Source: Caecitellus pseudoparvulus (Eukaryota > Protista > Bigyra: Bicosoecida). Taken from it: 64,000 nucleotides of DNA. Location: assembly GCA_965644315.1 (NCBI GenBank), contig CBFFRQ010000057.1:310001-374000 (forward strand). Direction: 5' to 3'. Of the stretch, positions 47,301 to 59,556 are shown in pieces (the stretch's first letter is position 1; the number at the start of each line of letters is the position of its first letter). The position numbers and the translations under genes are program-made. The notes beneath the pieces were generated by a model. That model had not been told where the DNA came from. It searched no databases and saw only the letters and a list, made by a program, of their open reading frames with translations.

Positions 47301-50300
47301 CTGCTCGTCTGCCAGCTCCCAAGACAGCCTTCAGCGAGGCAGCCACATCACCTGCGTGGCGGTCAAGCTGGGGTGTCAAGTCCACAACGTGCTCCAGGAC
47401 ATTGCCTCCCGGCAAGACCGCTGAGAACGTGATTGAGGCACCGGCCACACCGCACCCCTCGTCTGTCACTGCCCCACTCCAGTGCGCAACCACCCCGGAG
47501 AGAGGTGTCAATGGCAAAGCTGTGAGGTCAGCAGCCCTGGCTGCACTGCAGAAGGAAGCGGCGTCAGCGACTGCATCAACGCCGTCATCGTCCAAGAGGA
47601 CGGTGGACAAGCACATGGCCGGGAGGGTGGGCGGCTTAGTGTCAACAACCAGTGGGAGAATTGGCAGCAGCGTGGAGCTACCTGCCCCGTTGAAGACCTT
47701 AACGTGGACGAAGGCTTGCGCGCCGTGCGGAAGGGATGCAGTGTCCAGAGCAGCGAGCGCACCCGAGTTGCCTCCCGCGGGAGGATCGCGATCTACTCCA
47801 AGAATGAGCTGGTCAGTCTCGCCAAGGTCTGTCGGGGGCAGCAGCCAGCCGAGTGCTCCTGTCATTTCTTGCTGTGACAGCGGCGAGGAGTGCACGCCTA
47901 CTTCGTAGGAGGCGATGCCGCTCAGTTCGTCTGTGGCAGAACAGGGGGACACAGTGACCGATGCCGTGTTCAGGCCGATAAAGAGAGGAGGTGTAGTGCC
48001 GTTGGCGACATGCTGGGCGTAGATCACAGCGGCAGCCGCCACATCCTGCTCCCGCTCGCCGACCGGCAAGGTGTCCACGCTGGACTCTGGCGCTTTGCTA
48101 TCGTGCTCCGCGAGCTCCTTGATAAACGAGGTAACATTGGAGTCCCCCTCCCGTGCCAAGTCCCGCAGACCCGCTCTGGCCAGCTTGGCAGCTGAGGCAG
48201 CAGCCTGAGAAGCCACAGGTGCACACCGCAGAAACGCTGCGATGCCATCTGCCCTACTGCTGCGGCTGAGCAGGAGGGTGGAATCAACGTGTAGGCCAGC
48301 AACAATTGGCGGTGTCAAGTCCATAGCAACTGGCTCACTGGTCCACAACTGGGTAGTCCCACCGGCTCCATTCGTGAAGCGTACGCCCAGGTACACCTGC
48401 TTGCCTTCTCTCAGCGCCGCCAGGGCTGGCTGCAGTGCCATGAGCACTGTCACGGTGTGGTCCTTGGACGGGTCAGAGGCAGCAACCATGTTGGGAATGA
48501 GTGGTTGTCCAGTGGTGGAGCGGTGAACTGGGGTCCAGGGGGCGACGTCTGCGTGTCCGAAGGCTCCGAAGCCGCCGACATGGCCGGGCGCAGAGCTTGA
48601 GGCCGCCACCTCTACTTCGACAAGGCCCGTTTGTGCGTCGTGTATGGCCGGAAACGTGAGCGGGACGCCATGTTGCATGGCTGCAGGGGAGACAAAGGCA
48701 GGGGCTGTTGCCTGGTACTCCACAGCGACACGCTCAGCGTCAGCAACAGCGACTTCGCCCGGCTTGGCTCCATCGAAGCCCACTAGGTCCGGCATGAAGC
48801 CTGCAGTTTCCACATCGAGGTTGCCCTGCTCAAGGTCGGTGCCGTTGATGCGTGTGGGCACAATGTCACTCCGCATGGCAGCTGGGTGGACCGTGGGCTG
48901 CGTGTCGTCAACGAGCACCCCGGGCGACACCATCAAAGTGGGCTCGCCCCCGAGCGACGTGGCCTGAACAACGCAGTGCGCTGTCGTTCCTGCGGGCACC
49001 GCTGTTTGGAGACGCAAGACTGCGCCCAGCAGAGGGGACGGGAACGCCCCTGCGCGAGTGCGCACGTCACGCAACAGCCGCGACGGAAGCGCACCGCGCA
49101 AAATGGCTTCGTCCGCACCGACAGCAGCTTGAGCCGCGGAAAGGGTGAATGCTGCACTCTCGCTGCGCGTGTCTGTAACTGGGTCAGCTGCGGCTGCGGC
49201 AATGTCACTGCCATACGGCACGCTCAGCACACGGATGCGGCCGCCATCCACAGGGATGTCAGCCCCGCCGTCCTGGCCGTATTCCCGGGGGAGCACTCGC
49301 TCGAACACCTCGTCAACATCCTGACTCAGGTGTGCCACCGTGCCCAAGCCAGCCTGCGGTGGCAGTCGTGTCAAACTGGTCAACCAATCGGCGCTTCCCG
49401 AGCTCAGCGCCGTGACGAGACTTGGCAGGTCTGGGTTGACGAGGCTTGGCGAGCCTGGGGGCGTTGTGATCCACCCAATCGCGTAGGAGACAGGGCGAGA
49501 GGCTGGAATCCAGGAACATGCCAGCTCTTGCGCTGCTTGCTGCATGCCTGGTTTAGGCCGGACTGGCTCGGTGCTCTCCTTGTCAGGAAGCGGCAGAGGC
49601 GCGCGGTGCACGTCCCGACGCACTGCTGTGCTCACAGCACTGGGCAGCGCTTGGGTTGCCAAGGAACTGGGGGTGTCCAGGCCAGCTGCAGCAGGCACGC
49701 GCTCCACGCCAACTGGCATGTGTGGCGCAACAGCCACGTTAGAGGGTCTGAAGAACGTCACTGGGATGCTAGGCACGCCAGGGGCGTTCTCGGGAGGCAC
49801 CAGCCCGGCAGCGACCAGCTGGGCAACTGGCAAGGTAGATGTCACTGGCACCAGCGCGGCGTCGGGGAACAAGGCATCAGCGGCCGAGTGTCGAGGAAGA
49901 GGTAGACTTGGCATGGCGTCCACCACCAGGGGCACCGCTGACACGTGTTGTGACGCGCCTGTCGTGGAAGCGGCTGATACAGAGATGTAGTACACCTTGC
50001 CTGGCTCCAATGTAACATCCTTCGCTTGCAGCGTCCACGTGAGAGGCAAGGTGGCCTCCACTGCATCAGATGCCGCGCCAGTGCGCCGCATGTGCCAAGC
50101 AGCTTGGGGAGGGTGGCCTTCTTTGCGACTGGCGAGGCCGGCAGGCAAAAGAGCCTCCTGATTCTGCAGTTTGCCTTCTTTAGCGGACGCGGAGAACAAG
50201 CGCACGGGCTTGAGCACGTCAGACGCTCCAGGGGTGGAGCCAACCATGACGTGCACTTCAGCGACACCCACTCCAGCCACGTGCACGCCTGCCATGCGCA

Positions 50301-53300
50301 CGGCAGGCAGGGACACAGTCAAAGGCAGGGCCCAAACAGGCGCAAAGAGCACGGCGCGAGTAGAAGCACGGGACAACTGCGACTGTGGCAGGGCAAAGGT
50401 GCCGTTCCCAAGCGCTGCAAGCTCATCGGCGCCCATGTCGTGCGTAGTAGTTGGCACCACGACATGGGCTGCCTTGCCGTCATTGCGGGTGGCCATGGGA
50501 ACAGCAGCATCCACTGGGCTTGTGAGGGGCGCGTGGTCTGGGAACAACGCACGGTACTCGATGGTAGAGACGTGCACCACACTTGCGCTGGGTGCACTAG
50601 TCGAGCTCAAGACTGGCGGAGATAGAATGAGCTCCGACGTGGGAGCAGGAATGAGCACAATGGACGCCCCTGCAACATCGTCAGGGGAGACAGCTCCCAG
50701 TGCATCTCGGTACTGCAGTGTGACGTGCACTGCATGTCCTGGCACGGCCAAGAGCGCCGCAAGGCCTTCTGTCAGGCGCTGTGTGCCGGACTCCCCTTCA
50801 GCTGGCACTGTGGAGTTCTCTGCTGCAGCAGCTCTGAGGGTGGTGTCACTGAACTTCAGTGCTGCAGGGGTCAATGGGATGGAGCGAACGGTAGCGGGAA
50901 GCACCGCCGAAACCTTGCTCTGCTTTCCACGGCGAGGCCTACCCCGCAGACGCACCAAGTGCGCCTCCACGAGGACGTCTGCAAGGGGAACCGGGTGCTG
51001 CCCAGCAACAGCAGGGAGCACCCTTGCCCACAACGGGGCGCCTTGCGGTGGAACGAAAAAGGCTGCAAGTGGCACTGGCGCATCAGCGTCGACCACCGGC
51101 TTGGAGCCGTCCAAGTCCATGGCGGCGAGCAGATCGACCAAAGCGGGGTGGGCTGCGTTGTTGATCCAGGTGGCATCACCTTCCACAAGCACTGGCGGCA
51201 CTGGCGGCGCAGCACCTGCAATGCGCAGGGGGGGCAACGAGGACACTTGATCCCGCAGTGCCGCAACAGAGCGCTTCATGCCTGAGGGATTCTCAGCTTC
51301 GATGTGGCAGCCAATCTCCACCACCCCTGCGTCCCTCGCGCTAGGTAAGTCGCCCGCCGCCACCGCGAGCGAAATGTAGTGCTGCACTGCATCGCTCAAG
51401 TCAGCTGTGCCTACCGGAAGAGCTGCGTCTTGCGTGGCAGTGGCGAGAAGAGACGAGGTGCTGACACACCACACACTGCGCCCCGTATCGGGGTGAGAAC
51501 CAACGACACGAGCATCACCTGCCGAACCAGGAAGCGTGCGTGGGTTTGCGTCAGAAAGCACGCGCACAGGTGGAATGATGGGGGAGGCGTGCACCCAAGC
51601 GCCTGTGGCATCTGACACACGAGCCCAAAGCCCGATGGAGGTCTTGCGAGCCGAGTTGACCATGTCCCCTGCCTGTTGCCAGATGCAAGCACCTGCACCT
51701 GCAGCCATTTGGCTGGCGGCATCCTGCACAGCATGCACTGCACGCAGGGATTGAGAGGCAGTGCCAGCAGAGGCGCCGTCCACGATTGAGCGGGCAGCAG
51801 CTGCACTGCACGCGTCCTGGCCAGGAGTCCACACCAAAGCCGGGGGCTCGGGGACAAGTGGCTTCACCATGTTCACAATCGCTCCCACTTCCGTTGCCGA
51901 GCCTCGCAAGCCGGCAGCGTTCGTGCAGAATGCTGTCACATGCAAATCACCGCTCTCGGGAAGCTCAGTGGCAAGCACGATGCTTCCAAAGTCCCAGCGA
52001 GCAGGCTCTGTGCTGCGCTTGGCCGATACACTCATGGACGTCAGCGGCATGTACTGTGATCCATGCTGACCCGAGCCGACTAGAAGCTCCACGTCGACGA
52101 TGTCAGACGATGCATCGGCTGCAGTCACAGATACAGCAATAGACGTCTGTGTGACTTGTGAAACAGCATCAATCACAACAGAGCAAGGAGAATGGTTCAC
52201 CAATGAGAGGAGAGCGGTGGACTCTGTGGAAAGAACTCCGGATGCCCCTGAAGCCTCCACGGTGGCGCCCAAACGGCCTCGATGGTGGAAAGGAAGACCT
52301 TCGTCAGATTGAGTGGTGTCGGCATCGAAGTCCATGCAAGGCGTATCGGGGAACGCCGAGCGCAGGTCAGCGGAAGGGGGCAAGCGCACCTGGTGCACTG
52401 TCTGCAACGTGGCAGTGTACACTGGCAGGACGCTGTGCGGCATGTTGGACAGGTCGGAGCCATCTCCCATCCACTCTTGCACAGCGTCGAAGTCTGTGGC
52501 ACACCACACCACGACTTCATACTGTGTGATTGGCATGGCATGGTCGTGATCAAAGCCTGACCACGTCAAGGCGAGGGAGCCAGGGGCGACTGGCTTCGAG
52601 TACGGAGCAGCGGGGGTCCAGTCTTCAACGTGGCGCAGCAAGACTTTGGCACTGGAATGCCGCCGGTTGGTGGCGATGATGCCGTCGGTGTATGCGAACC
52701 CCACGAGGCCGCTGGCATCCACTACCTTGAACCCAACCACCATGGCAACAGGTTCGTTCTGCACCCCTGCTGGGATAGGCAAGTCAACAACCCCAGACAC
52801 GCTTGCTACAGCTGCAACGTCCGCAAAGAGCGTCTGCTGCTGCAGTTCAGTCGGTGAGGAATACAGCGGTACGCGAACGTGCTGGCCCTGGACTGGCCCT
52901 TCGCCAGTCAGCGTGGCAGGCAGCTCTGGCGTGGTGAACAGCGCTGCTTGGACGGAGGTGATGGCTGCTCCTCCGCTACCCACCGCGTAGCCATAGGCAG
53001 CTGAAACACTCTGGTGGCTGCCCTGCCAGTCAGTCTCAGCATTCTGCAAAAGCGCCACATCAGAAGGCCCCTGGCTCAGAGAAGAGGAGATGCTTGGCTG
53101 TGCCGCGGTCCCCCCGGCCCGCACTCCAAGATCTGCTACCGCCCCAACTGCCGGCATGTGTGTCGTGATGCCGGCTGGTGCGCTGTCGGCTGAGGTCGAA
53201 AGCCCTGCCCCATTCACGCAAGTCACCCGGCTGGTATATGTGACAGCTGGGGACGCGCTGCTGCTGATCGCCGCCCAGGCGTACGGCAAGGCACCAGGCA

Positions 53301-56300
53301 TGGTGAGCAGCTGCACTGCCTCACCAACATCACCGTTGAAGTCTCTGGTCGCGGGGACAATGCCAAGGTTGGATGTCTGTGCGATGCTCCAGGTACAGGT
53401 GCAGGGGCCAGACTCCGCGTCCACCACTTGTCCCACCTGCAGGTAAAACGGCTCAGAAGCAGACAGCAGCGAAGCAGGTGTGCCCAAGACAGGCCCATGA
53501 CGAATAGTGGCAGCTGTGAGGCCGGTGCAAGGCGTAACATCATAGGCCAGGCCTTCGGTTTGCGTGAGGGTTGTCGACAGGCCATTTCCGCCAACTGCTG
53601 TGAGCGAGACGATGACACGGGGCAGAGCGTTCAAAAACAAAGACGTCATCACAAGACCATTTGAAGGAGCCATTGCTGAGAAATCATTGCTGATGGAGGG
53701 GTCGTGGGCTGCGTACACCCTTACATGCCAAGAGTGCAGTCCTGCGTTGGGCAGCACCCCTGCCCACGCGACGGGGGCACTGAAACTGTTTGACGTGTAT
53801 GCGTGTTCAGTCCAAGGCGTGCCCGCAACGGTGAAGGAGGTGATGTTCGGGCGTTCAGTGACAATGGAGAACGGGAGGGACATCGCCGACACTGACAGGC
53901 CTGCGACATTGGTTGCTGTGCACTCCAGCACGTACTGCTGCGGATGCTGTGCGAGCTCACTACCTCGGACTGCCACAACATCTGCAGGAGACAGGTTGGG
54001 GAACGCCCCAAAGAGATGCTCCAGAGAGCCCATCGTGACGTTTGAAACCTGCCCAGCCATCACACCAGCAAGGGTGGCGTTGGTTCCCGCACTGGGTCCG
54101 TCGTTGCTGGGCAGGGGTTGGATGTCCTGTGGGCCACCAGGAGCACTAATGAGCAGCTTGAATCGATATTGCAGCAGGCCAGGGCCGTCAGGGTCTGCCA
54201 CACCAACAAAAGCCGCGCCCACTTCCGTGGTGCTGGAAGTCGTGGCTGCTGCATCATCAGCCACAGTCCAAGCTCCATGTAGACTTTGAAAAGGAGTGTC
54301 GCGCAAGCGCTGCCTCGTCTCGGCGGGCCACAGAGGAACGCAAGCCGACAAGCCAGCCCCAGGATTCGCTACTTCCGGGGGGGTGCTATCAATCGACAGG
54401 TCGGCGAAAGAAACTGTCGTGGTGCCGGCAAAGTCAGTTTGGCGAAGGGACAGTCGGTATGTGGAGCCCTGCGCCAGCACATCATGGGGAGGGAGGGAAA
54501 CTGTCCACCCGAGAGGTACGTGACGGCTCAAGGTGGAATTCAGCTGATGCCAGCGGACGAAGCGCTCAGGGGCATCCCGTGTGCCAAATGCAAGTTCCAG
54601 TGGAAGGTGGCCTGCCAGGGGCTCGGCCCAAGAGGCCAGCACGTGAGCCCCATCAGCCTGTGCCAGCAGTGAAGGCAAAGCAGCCAGCTGCTCCCAGTCC
54701 TCCAGCGCAACGAGAGAGCGGCGATCGGAAGGTTTGAAGGCAATGGGGATGGTCTCTGGCCCGCTGCAGTCGTAAAGGAATGTGCTTTCAAGAGCCTGCG
54801 CAAACATAAACAAGTGGTTTGAAGCAGTGGCTCGAATGCGGATCCAATCCCCATCCATGGGCAGCAAGGCAAGGCTGCTCCACTCAGCGACGAGGAAACC
54901 GCCGTGGCCAGCAGTGCTGATCGCCGTCCAGTCCAGCGCAGTTGTGTTCGAGCAAGCTGGCCCTGGGCCTTCTTCCGCACAACCACGCATCACCTCGATG
55001 GTCCACCAGAAGCTGTCCAGGCCATCCCCTGTGAGCTCGACAAAGCCCTGAAGCTGAATGCCGACATGCGGGCCACAGTACACGTTCTCAATGACGGGCT
55101 GCGTTGTGACATCGTAGACAAAGTCAATGCTGCTTGATGCTGCCAGCACAGCGTTGGTGGTGGGCACCACATGCAAGGTAGCATCAGCGCTGTCAGGCGG
55201 TGTGGAGTCCACCATGGCAACATCCGAGCACGACGCGGGAGTCAGCACTGGGACAGTGGCGCTGAGGTTTGGGGCTACGTACATGCCGCCCATTATCAAG
55301 CTTCCATCGTCAGGTACACCTCCGACAAAGTCTGTTGACATATCGTACTGTGCCAGGAGGTCCTGTGGGTCGTGGCGGATCTGCAAGTCGCCCTGGACAA
55401 CCGTGTTCGTCGCCTCCCACACAGACAGCTGGGCAGAACCTGGGTTGTCCAGGCCGTGGGTCAAAAAGAAAGAACTGCAGGGTGGAGCCTGCCACGTCAG
55501 AGTGCCGGGGGCAGCCACAACGGCAAGGGCACTTGCCATGCTCAGAGGCCCACACGTTGCAGCCCACCCACGGCCTTGCAAGCCCACCAACATGTCCCCC
55601 CGTTGGTACATGTGGCCGTTGGAGGCAAGTACGGTGGCAGGAAACGCACTCGCTGGAGAGTCAGGTGTCAAACTCGCCAGGTTTGAAGCGGGAGTGGCTT
55701 GGAGGACAACATCCTGCCCTAAGTTCTGCAAAACTGGTGTGTGTCGAGTATAAGGTGGGCACTCTTCACCACCAGTGCAGAGAGCTTGTGGGGTGCAATC
55801 GTCCAGTCGTGGGGCGCACTCCGTACCAGGAGCCAGTGTGTCGATAAGGCACTCTCCAAGGGCGTTGCACTTGGGTGCTGTGGCATTCTGTGCTTCTGGC
55901 CGCCACACCTGGCATGTGCCTGGAGAGCACGTCGTATAGCTGTCCCAAACACACGTTCCAGCTTGGCAGCGGTTGTTCTTGTAGCAGGGGTCATCTTTGC
56001 AGCCAGCCGTCCCGTCTTGAATGTTGGTCCAGGTCCTGTAGTCAGAAACACTGGAGGACTCGCAGATCTGACAAGTGGAGTTGGGGTTCAGCTCGCCGTA
56101 TTCAAACTGAAACCAACCTGCTACGCCGGTCACAGGGTCATTCGGGAAGGCGCAGCCACATTTGGCCTTGCCGGCCGGGGCGTAGTAGGTGAGAGGCACT
56201 GGGTACTCCACTTCACATTCATAGTGGTTGCCAAAGACGCACCATTCGCAGTTTAAAGGGGTCCCCACGCAGAACGGGAAGTCACTTCCAGTGCCAGCAG

Positions 56301-57700
56301 TGCACGTATCGTTGGCAGTAGTGGGATCCTTGTCCCAGCAAGCCACACCAGAGGAAGTGGGTGCAGCTGTCACTGTTCCAGGCTCAGCTGGGCCACCACA
56401 TGTGGGGTACGGGGGGGTGGCTGGGGGGACAAGGCGCCGTTCAGCAGGGTCTTGCACCAGCGCAACACCGTACTCGAGGAAAACCTCACTGGCGCTGCTT
56501 TCGCTGCTGCTTTCGTTGCTGCTTTCACTCTCCTCTAGCCGTCGAGAGACAGCATGGCCTCCTGAAGAGTATGTGTGCGCCACATTTGAGGAACCGCACC
56601 AACTGCCCCCTGTAGACCCGGGTGGAATCGTGATGGATGCCGGCGTGCCAGCGCATACGCCCGTGTGGCTGCTGCCGCCCGCCCCGATGCAAAGCTGGCA
56701 ACCTTCGTTGATGCCCCAATCTGGATATGGCACACCAGCATTGGACTTGGCTTCCATCAAGCTTTGCCCGTCGTTCATGATGAGGTCATAGTTGGCCCCG
56801 TTCGAGTCCGTGTAAGGAATCACGCACTTGTTGCACATGACGAAGCAAGCGCCCGTCTCGGGGTGCACGCACTCCCCATGCTGCACACAGCCCATCGGCC
56901 GGGCCGGCTTGTAACCTTGCAAACACCTGTCCTGGCCAGTGCTGGGTTGATACCAGCCAGCTGGGCAGTCATACCGGCGCCCACCGCAGCAGAAGCTGCC
57001 AGCAGGGCAAATGCGCTCTTCGTGCGGGTAGATGCCGTTGGAATTGTCCCACTCAGGCCAGGAGTAGTAGCCTCCCGCGACATTGACAGAAGAGGCGGTC
57101 GTGGAACCCGCAGGACAGTATTGTGTGTAACTTGCGCAAGGCTGCGGCGGGCTCGTCCCCCCTGCACATGTGTACCCTTGTGGACAAGGTCCGCAGCTTG
57201 TTGGCACCCCGCCTGAGCTTGTTGTGACATGGTTGCCTGGAGCACAGCACACACCATGAGGGCCACAAGTTCCACCGCCACCACCTGGTGCGGCCAGCTC
57301 TCGCTCGGCGCGCTGGGGGTCTGGGGCTTGATCCCGGCTTGCCGGCGCGGCTGGCGTGCCAGAGCCAGACGCTGCACCCAGGGAAACGCTGGCGGGCGCA
57401 GCGGGGGTCTCGTTCACGATGTCACGCCAATGGCGAGCTCCTTCGCCCTCCATGACAGTCAGGTGAGGGAAGGGGTCATCCAGGGCGGCCGCCAGGTCCA
57501 TGCTGGCTTGCGCGGCATGGGAAGCTGCAAGGGTCGGAGAGAGCGGAATGTGCGAGCTGCTGCCCGGGCAGGCAACGCCAGGACAGGCCCAGCGCAGCAA
57601 GTGTGGGAAAGACACGCCACATCGATCGCGTACCGTTTAGCATGAAACATGCCGACAGGGCCATGAGAGCCACGTCGAGCCGGCGAGCCTTAGCACCCAT
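44353..57700 (-). CDS. Gene C: giant secreted Cys-rich/FnIII-like repeat protein (~4412 aa); exons 57634..57700 and 44353..57524
   Basis: The 13.2-kb ORF lacks a good start. A 109-nt phase-1 intron at 57525..57633 (GTACGC...TTGCAG) joins exon MGAKARRLDVALMALSACFMLN to ASHAAQ, forming a signal peptide. The N-terminus has Cys repeats, followed by roughly 15-20 degenerate FnIII-like units (D-x-TPP, N-x-AGL, DxxSG). No TM segment. Confidence 0.85.
55750..57270 (-). other. Gene C: Cys-rich region (TNFR/ephrin-receptor-like repeats plus a disintegrin-like segment)
   Basis: CGPCPQGYTCAGG, CPAGSFCCGG, CPAGWYQPSTGQDRC, CKDDPCYKNNRCQAGTC; PGTECAPRLDDCTPQALCTGGEECPP resembles the disintegrin pattern GTxCRxxxxxCDxxExCxGxSxxCP. 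Confidence 0.7.
56493..56530. repeat. Short 12-bp coding tandem repeat, about 3 copies (ESSN/ESSS)
   Basis: gctgctttcgctgctgctttcgttgctgctttc encodes ESSNESSSESS directly after the SRRLEE motif of gene C. Confidence 0.5.
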
Positions 57701-58057
57701 GGCGAAGCAAAACGCGACGTCAACCACAGGGATGTGAAAGCCACCTGCACGCAGGAGCGCTTCGCAGCATGCGCTGCTGCGTACGTGGTGAATCAGGGCG
57801 CGGCCAATCCTGCTTGTACGCTTGGTGGCATAGTATTGCAATGCGGAGTCCGTTGTGTCGACGCTGCTTTACCCATGCCACGCCTCCGTCGGCGCGATTG
57901 GCAGCATGGTCAAGCTACAACTAATTTTCACCCCAACAAAATATCCACCCGCCATCACTACAGTCAACCTGAATTCTTCGCTCCCTCGCGCACCCACGGC
58001 AGGCCCCTGCTCTGCCCGCTGACCAGAGCTTCCATCGTCAAAAGCCGCACACACGCC

Positions 58058-59097
58058 ATGGCTGCCAGCGCCACTTCCCTGTCTGCCGTGAGGCAGAGCT
58101 TGGCAGACCTCATCACCAAAAAAGGCTGCGCCCCCATCATGGTCCGGTGCGTCGTTGTGCTGCTGTTCAGAATATCTCGCCACAGTTCCATGACTGGCCG
58201 AACTTTGCATCTGCAGACTTGCATGGCATGCCAGTGGCACTTTCTCGGCCCTGGATGGCTCTGGTGGGTGCACAGGCGCCACCATGCGCTTCTCTCCCGA
58301 AAAAGGTAGGCTGCTACCCCCTGCTGGATTTGAGAGACGCCGCGTCACATCCCACCTGGCCGCCACCGCCCTCTGCAGACTGGGACGCCAATGCTGGACT
58401 GGGCATTGCGCGTGACCTGCTCGCCCCCATCAAGGAGCAGTACCCGGACATTACCCATGCTGACTTGTGGACCTTGGCCGGTGTTGTGGCCATTGAGGCT
58501 TCAGGGGGGCCCACCGTTCCCTGGAAACCAGGCCGCACTGACGCGCCAGAGCCAGGCACGACTTGCCCAGCTGATGACCCAAAGATGGGTCCCAAGGACA
58601 TTGTGGAAGATGGCCGCCTGCCTGATGGAGCCTTGGGTGCTGACCACGTGAGAGAGGTGTTCACACGCATGGGTTTCAATGACCGCGAAGCCGTGGCCTT
58701 GTGCGGCGCCCACACCCTGGGCCGTTGCCACCCAGACCGCTCTGGCTTTGACGGGCCCTGGACGCCTGAGCCCCTCACATTTGACAACACGTACTTTACA
58801 GAGCTGCTGAGCGGGGAATGGGTTTGGAAGGGTGACGTGGACCCCAGCTACAAGGGCAAGGCACAGCTGGTGGACAAAGCCACGGGCAAGCTCATGATGC
58901 TGCCCACTGACTGGGCCCTCGTCGCTGACCCTGCCTACAACGCCATCGCGAAGGAATTCGCAGCCAGCCAGGACGCTTTCTTCACAGCATTTTCCTCGGC
59001 CTTTGCAAAGCTCCTTGAGCTTGGCTGCGTGGACGACGTCTGCACACAGCCCAAGACCAGTGCTGGCGGCTGCCCCCACCACGATGCCCGTCTGTGA
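58058..59097 (+). CDS. APX: Class I heme peroxidase (ascorbate peroxidase / cytochrome c peroxidase family), ~298 aa; exons 58058..58146, 58217..58305, 58379..59097
   Basis: Spliced product ...[16 protein letters not shown]...[18 protein letters not shown]...[13 protein letters not shown]...GRLPDG...[20 protein letters not shown]...MLPTD. Distal R/W/H and proximal H/W/D residues are intact. Introns of 70 and 73 nt, both GT..AG. Confidence 0.95.
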
Positions 59098-59556
59098 GGC
59101 AATGCACGCCCGAGGCAGAGGCTGCTTCCAGTCTTGGCTGTAAGCTTGTCTTCTAGTAGTCCATGTTGCACTGAATCGCGCACCTGTCCGGGAGGGGCAT
59201 CCAGGTCGTGGCAAAATCATCTCACGCAGCTTTGGCGAGGTGTCCCATGCTGCTCGCTTCGAGCATCTGAAGCCTCTGGGTTCCAAGAGACAAGCACAGA
59301 GAAAGAACCATTGCCTAAAACGCTGATAGCTACTGGGTGGTGGGTTGGGTTCCCTGCTATTGCAGTGCCGTGTTGGAGCGCCGTGCACCATCCAGTACCG
59401 CGTTTCGCCTGCGTTGCACGCTCGATCAATTACCGCAGCCTGCGCTACTGGGCGCGGGGCAGACCGACACCTAAATAAAACGGTTCCCCACCATTAAACC
59501 GATACCCTTCTTACACACTCTGTCTCATTTCTGCTTCAGACATCTCTCACCGTAGC

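Noticed and set aside
3740-56550. Oomycete RxLR-dEER effector translocation motifs
   Set aside because: The motifs are internal, numerous, mostly lack the final Arg and dEER, and occur in giant proteins; protease-processing sites are the simpler explanation.
226-57700. Prophage, endogenous virus or bacterial contamination suggested by phage lysozyme and tape-measure-like helices
   Set aside because: No capsid, integrase, polymerase or terminal repeats seen. Genes B and C have spliceosomal introns, all three have eukaryotic signal peptides, and the base composition resembles the flanking eukaryotic genes.
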